DNA from: a bacterium
GTDB taxonomy: Bacteria; Cyanobacteriota; Vampirovibrionia; Gastranaerophilales; JBAXKC01
NCBI GenBank assembly: GCA_037137535.1
Contig: JBAXKC010000030.1
Span: forward strand, 1-29,461
DNA length: 29,461 bases
Direction of reading: 5' to 3'
Shown: piece after piece, positions 26,404 to 29,461 of the stretch
How the letters are laid out: each line of letters begins with the position of its first letter
How positions within the stretch are numbered: the first letter of the stretch is position 1
Made by a program: the position numbers and the translations under genes
The notes under the pieces: generated by a model
What the model saw: only the letters and a program-made list of their open reading frames with translations
Database searches by the model: none
What the model was told of the DNA's origin: nothing

Positions 26404-27246
26404 ATGAAAGATATGGTAAGAGCAGCATTAATTCAGACAAATCCTGGTGAAAATAAACAGGAAAATATAGATAAAACTGTTTCAATGATTGAAAGAGCCG
26501 CTGCAAGCGGTGCTCAGATTATTTCACTTCAAGAGTTATTTTATGCTCCGTATTTTGCAGCAGAACAAAATTTAAAATGGTTTGATTGGGCAGAACCTGC
26601 AAATGGTCCAACTGTTAAGCTGATGCAGCAAGTTGCCGTTAAAAATAATGTTGTACTTGTTGTTCCTTTCTTTGAGGAAGTCGGCAGAGCAATTTTCTAT
26701 AACACAGCTGCGGTTATTAATGTGGATGGAAAAACAGGTTATTACAGAAAAAATCATATTCCGCATCTTGAAGGCTTCTGGGAAAAATTTTATTTTAAAC
26801 CAGGTAATCTTGGCTATCCTGTATTTGATACTGCTTATGGTAAAGTCGGGGTTTATATCTGTTATGACAGGCATTTCCCTGAAGGGGCAAGAGCTTTGGC
26901 TTTAAATGGAGCTGAAATTGTATTTAATCCATCAGCAACAGTTGATAGCCTATCTAAATACCTGTGGGAACTTGAACAGCCTGCACATGCTGCGGCTAAT
27001 ATGTATTATGTCGGTGCAATTAATCGTGTAGGTTATGAACCGAGTTTAACAAAAGAAAAATACTTCGGTTCAAGTTATTTTGTTAATCCGAGAGGGCAAA
27101 TTATTCAAAAGGGTTCTGCGGATGATGAAGATATTGTTATTGCGGATTTGGATTTGAATTTAATCAATGAAACCAGAAAATTATGGCAATTTTATAGAGA
27201 TAGAAGACCTGATACCTATGGCAGTTTAACTAAATTTGCGCCATAA
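26404..27246 (+). CDS. Nitrilase-superfamily C-N hydrolase, beta-ureidopropionase-like
   Basis: E-K-C triad (LQELF, YRKNHIP, ICYDRHFPE); FWEKFYFKPGNLGYPVF, FNPSAT, YLWELEQPA, FYRDRRP. Confidence 0.88.
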   Translation: MKDMVRAALIQTNPGENKQENIDKTVSMIERAAASGAQIISLQELFYAPYFAAEQNLKWFDWAEPANGPTVKLMQQVAVKNNVVLVVPFFEEVGRAIFYNTAAVINVDGKTGYYRKNHIPHLEGFWEKFYFKPGNLGYPVFDTAYGKVGVYICYDRHFPEGARALALNGAEIVFNPSATVDSLSKYLWELEQPAHAAANMYYVGAINRVGYEPSLTKEKYFGSSYFVNPRGQIIQKGSADDEDIVIADLDLNLINETRKLWQFYRDRRPDTYGSLTKFAP

Positions 27247-27282
27247 AATAAAAAAGATTCAAAGAATCTAATATATTAAGTC

Positions 27283-27323
27283 AAAAGCCGTAAGATACTA
27301 GTAATAACTAGCCTACGGCTTTT
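27283..27323. terminator. Bidirectional terminator
   Basis: AAAAGCCGTA...CTAGT/ACTAG...TACGGCTTTT between convergent genes. Confidence 0.75.
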
Positions 27324-27342
27324 AACAACTTTAATGAGTTAT

Positions 27343-27624
27343 TTACTTATCTTTGCACAAAAAGAAATCTTTAAGATTTTCTTTGTATTCTTCATGCTTC
27401 ATCATAGCACTCATTTTATGTTCCCATTGCTCGCTACTGGCTTTTGTTACTAATTCAGCAAGTTTTTCGATATGAGGTCCTTTTGTTCTTTCAATTTCAG
27501 CTTTAATTTTATCTTTTAGAAGTTCTTTCCAAGCTTCTTTAGCAATCATCTGAAATTTTTCAGAGCAAGAACATTCATATTTTTCTTCTTGCTCACCATG
27601 ATAGCCTTTACATTCTTCTTTCAT
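27343..27624 (-). CDS. Small helical hypothetical protein with Cys/His-containing N-terminus
   Basis: 93 aa, SD AAGGAAG, charged helical composition, ECSC. Confidence 0.75.
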   Translation of the reverse strand: MKEECKGYHGEQEEKYECSCSEKFQMIAKEAWKELLKDKIKAEIERTKGPHIEKLAELVTKASSEQWEHKMSAMMKHEEYKENLKDFFLCKDK

Positions 27625-27789
27625 TTTTTTGCTTCCTTTTCAAAATTAATATTGTAATGACAGGAAACAAACAAAATACTCTTTAGCTAAAAGAAAAAAC
27701 ATTGTCATGTTTTCTAATTAAAATGCTAATATTCTGCTAAATAAATTAGCGCTATAAATTAATATTTTTGCCAATGACAAAATAAAAAA

Positions 27790-27948
27790 TTATTTTAATT
27801 CTTCTTTAGAAACACTTTCAATAGCTTCTTCAAGCTTTCTCAAGGTAAATCCTATTTCATAAGGACAAAAACCCTTAGTTTCAATTAAGTCAATTTCAAC
27901 TTCCATTATAAGTTCTTTAGCTTTTTCAAGTTTTTCAAGATTAGTCAT
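27790..27948 (-). CDS. Small hypothetical protein (52 aa), below the ORF-track cutoff
   Basis: MTNLEKLEKAKELIMEVEIDLIETKGFCPYEIGFTLRKLEEAIESVSKEELK; starts 14 nt after the upstream stop. Confidence 0.65.
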   Translation of the reverse strand: MTNLEKLEKAKELIMEVEIDLIETKGFCPYEIGFTLRKLEEAIESVSKEELK

Positions 27949-27962
27949 TTTATAAAACTTTC

Positions 27963-28865
27963 TTAATTTTTTTTATTATTTGAAGAAGGTAAAGTAAGTT
28001 TTACATTAGTAAAACTTCTTATTGAAATACCATCTTTATAACTAAAAACAGAAGTTGAAACAGGTTCATTTGATTTTGGAATACTTGAAAAATCAATTAA
28101 AAGTATATTATTCAAATTAGCATTATCTATTTTAGATAATGTTTTTTTTGTGTTATTTAAAATTACCGTAGCAACTCTAGATCTTTGCATCATAGAAAGT
28201 GTATTTTTTATTTTAAAATCAGCCTGTAATCCTTGAGATTTATGGATAATATTATTATCAATAATATGTTTAATTGCAACAACATTATTAGAAAGATATA
28301 AATTTCCTCTATTAGATATAAAAAACCACTTTTTAGAGGTAAAATATGAAATCTTATATCCTCTATAAACTTTTGAACCAAAATTCTCATTTTTATCCAA
28401 AAGCTGACTTAAAAAATCAAAAATTCTACTTGAAGTCTTAGCTGGCAATATAAGCAATTTAATTTCGTAATCTTTATTATTTATATTTTCATACCATTTA
28501 CCAAAACTAAAAGATTTTCCAAATGTTTCAGCTAAATGTTTTTTATTATTTGGTGTATTAATAAATTTATGAGTTGTATCAAAAAAGCTGATTGCAGTCT
28601 GGGGAGCTGAATCATTTAAAAATTGTGTATTATTATTTTTGTTATTTAAGTTCACATCAACATAAAAATAAGTATTAGCTGGATAAAATTTAATATTTTT
28701 ATCGGTAATATAACTCATTTCTTGTTTAAATAAAAACACACCCACAAAAACAGCAATAGCTACAATTATGATACCTGTTATAGCAAGATTTTTATTTGGA
28801 TCGCCATACTTTTTTCTTTTTTCTGTATAGGCGTACATATCTAATTGTTTTGCTGTATTTAGCAT
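27963..28865 (-). CDS. Membrane-anchored hypothetical protein (weak DUF3352-like resemblance)
   Basis: Single N-terminal TM helix followed by FYPANTYFYVDVN; family call tentative. Confidence 0.65.
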   Translation of the reverse strand: MLNTAKQLDMYAYTEKRKKYGDPNKNLAITGIIIVAIAVFVGVFLFKQEMSYITDKNIKFYPANTYFYVDVNLNNKNNNTQFLNDSAPQTAISFFDTTHKFINTPNNKKHLAETFGKSFSFGKWYENINNKDYEIKLLILPAKTSSRIFDFLSQLLDKNENFGSKVYRGYKISYFTSKKWFFISNRGNLYLSNNVVAIKHIIDNNIIHKSQGLQADFKIKNTLSMMQRSRVATVILNNTKKTLSKIDNANLNNILLIDFSSIPKSNEPVSTSVFSYKDGISIRSFTNVKLTLPSSNNKKN

Positions 28866-28983
28866 AATTTAATAATTACCTGTTAAAACCGATAAGTTCT
28901 ATTTTATTATTAAACGGGTATTTTTATCAAGTAAGAATCTGTTTTTATTTAACTTTTAATAAGCATAAAGCATTTATAAATTA

Positions 28984-29022
28984 AAGAAAATGACCTCTGT
29001 GAAAAACAGAGATCATTTTCTT
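28984..29022 (-). terminator. Terminator after the FN3-like gene
   Basis: AAGAAAATGACCTCTGT-GAAAA-ACAGAGATCATTTTCTT. Confidence 0.75.
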
Positions 29023-29096
29023 GTTGATTAGGGCCTCTACTTACTTATAGAATTAAATAACCTTAATCAAAGATATTCAGCATGTTAAGTATTTTT

Positions 29097-29461
29097 TTAT
29101 TGTACTGTAACAGTGCTAATGTTTGATTTTGCTGATGTACCACTTGTAGTAACTGCATCTACATAGAAGGATATTGTACCTGTTGCACCTTTACCGAGAT
29201 TTATTGAGGTAGCTGTGATATCAGCTTTAACAGTTTTAGCTAAACTATATGTTTTTCCGCCATCCCATGACATGTAAACTTCGAATGATGTTTCATTTGA
29301 TCCGTTGTCTTTCCAGCTAAGATTAACATAATTTGAAGAGGTTGAACTGTTAAATGTTACAGAGGTTGTTAATCCTGATGGAGCTGGAATTGCACTTGGA
29401 ACTGGAGTTGGTGTAGGCGTTGGTGTAGGCGTTGGTGTAGGCGTTGGTGTAGGCGTTGGTG
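29097..29461 (-). CDS. 3' end of an extracellular protein: Pro-Thr linker plus fibronectin type III-like domain (partial)
   Basis: Manual translation (PT)n-PVPSAIPAPSGLTTSV...VNLSWKDNGSNETSFEVYMSWDGGKTY...FYVDAVTTSGTSAKSNISTVTVQ*; open to the window edge. Confidence 0.85.
   Translation of the reverse strand, partial: PTPTPTPTPTPTPTPTPTPVPSAIPAPSGLTTSVTFNSSTSSNYVNLSWKDNGSNETSFEVYMSWDGGKTYSLAKTVKADITATSINLGKGATGTISFYVDAVTTSGTSAKSNISTVTVQ
29407..29461. repeat. 12-bp tandem repeat encoding PTPT
   Basis: GTTGGTGTAGGC x4 plus a partial copy, cut by the window end. Confidence 0.95.

Noticed and set aside
27655-27780. Recurrent ATGACA/TGTCAT hexamers, also near 25725
   Set aside because: Short, AT-rich and irregularly spaced; cannot be separated from chance or from -35 boxes.
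6065-28390. Other short overlapping ORFs in the track (e.g. 6065, 6108, 8107, 8555, 8770, 12279, 13637, 14039, 15949, 16803, 17260, 17324, 18627, 19362, 22273, 22439, 23405, 26572, 26633, 28208)
   Set aside because: All lie within or opposite confident genes and show no independent coding signal.
28869-28895. Sigma28-like TTAA-N15-ACCGATAA on the plus strand
   Set aside because: Points away from the adjacent gene and no plus-strand ORF follows.
29407-29461. Possible CRISPR array
   Set aside because: Head-to-tail 12-mers with no spacers, in frame with a PT linker; no cas genes in the window.

Overview
AT-rich bacterial chromosomal segment. The crtE/ispA-DUF212 adjacency, the C-terminally extended RsgA and the many N/Q/T-rich orphans suggest a non-photosynthetic cyanobacterial relative (Melainabacteria/Vampirovibrionia); this placement is inference. 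The left ~5.8 kb looks accessory. It holds a six-gene minus-strand operon (J-domain protein, YbjN/CesT-like protein, PspA/IM30, DUF475 TerC-like membrane protein, TerZ-like, TerD). To its right are two degenerate copies of a tRNA-Pro 3' end (att-like scars), 11-bp-period arm-like repeats, a REP-like hairpin and two pseudogenes (LprI-like, TPR). The rest mixes housekeeping and metabolic genes (GT9, nadE-NUDIX, DUF805, HAD plus G1PDH-like, aldo/keto reductase, rsgA-crtE-DUF212-pyrF, ROK kinase, TPR-glycosyltransferase, two sugar ABC permeases, a beta-ureidopropionase-like nitrilase) with orphan genes. The window ends inside the Pro-Thr linker of an FN3-like protein. Best leads: the Ter/PspA/chaperone operon beside a tRNA integration hotspot, an unannotated ~85-nt two-hairpin CU-rich sRNA candidate, tandem orphans with a shared N-terminal motif, and a family of sequence-related intergenic hairpins. 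All calls come from motif recognition by eye; no database searches were run.
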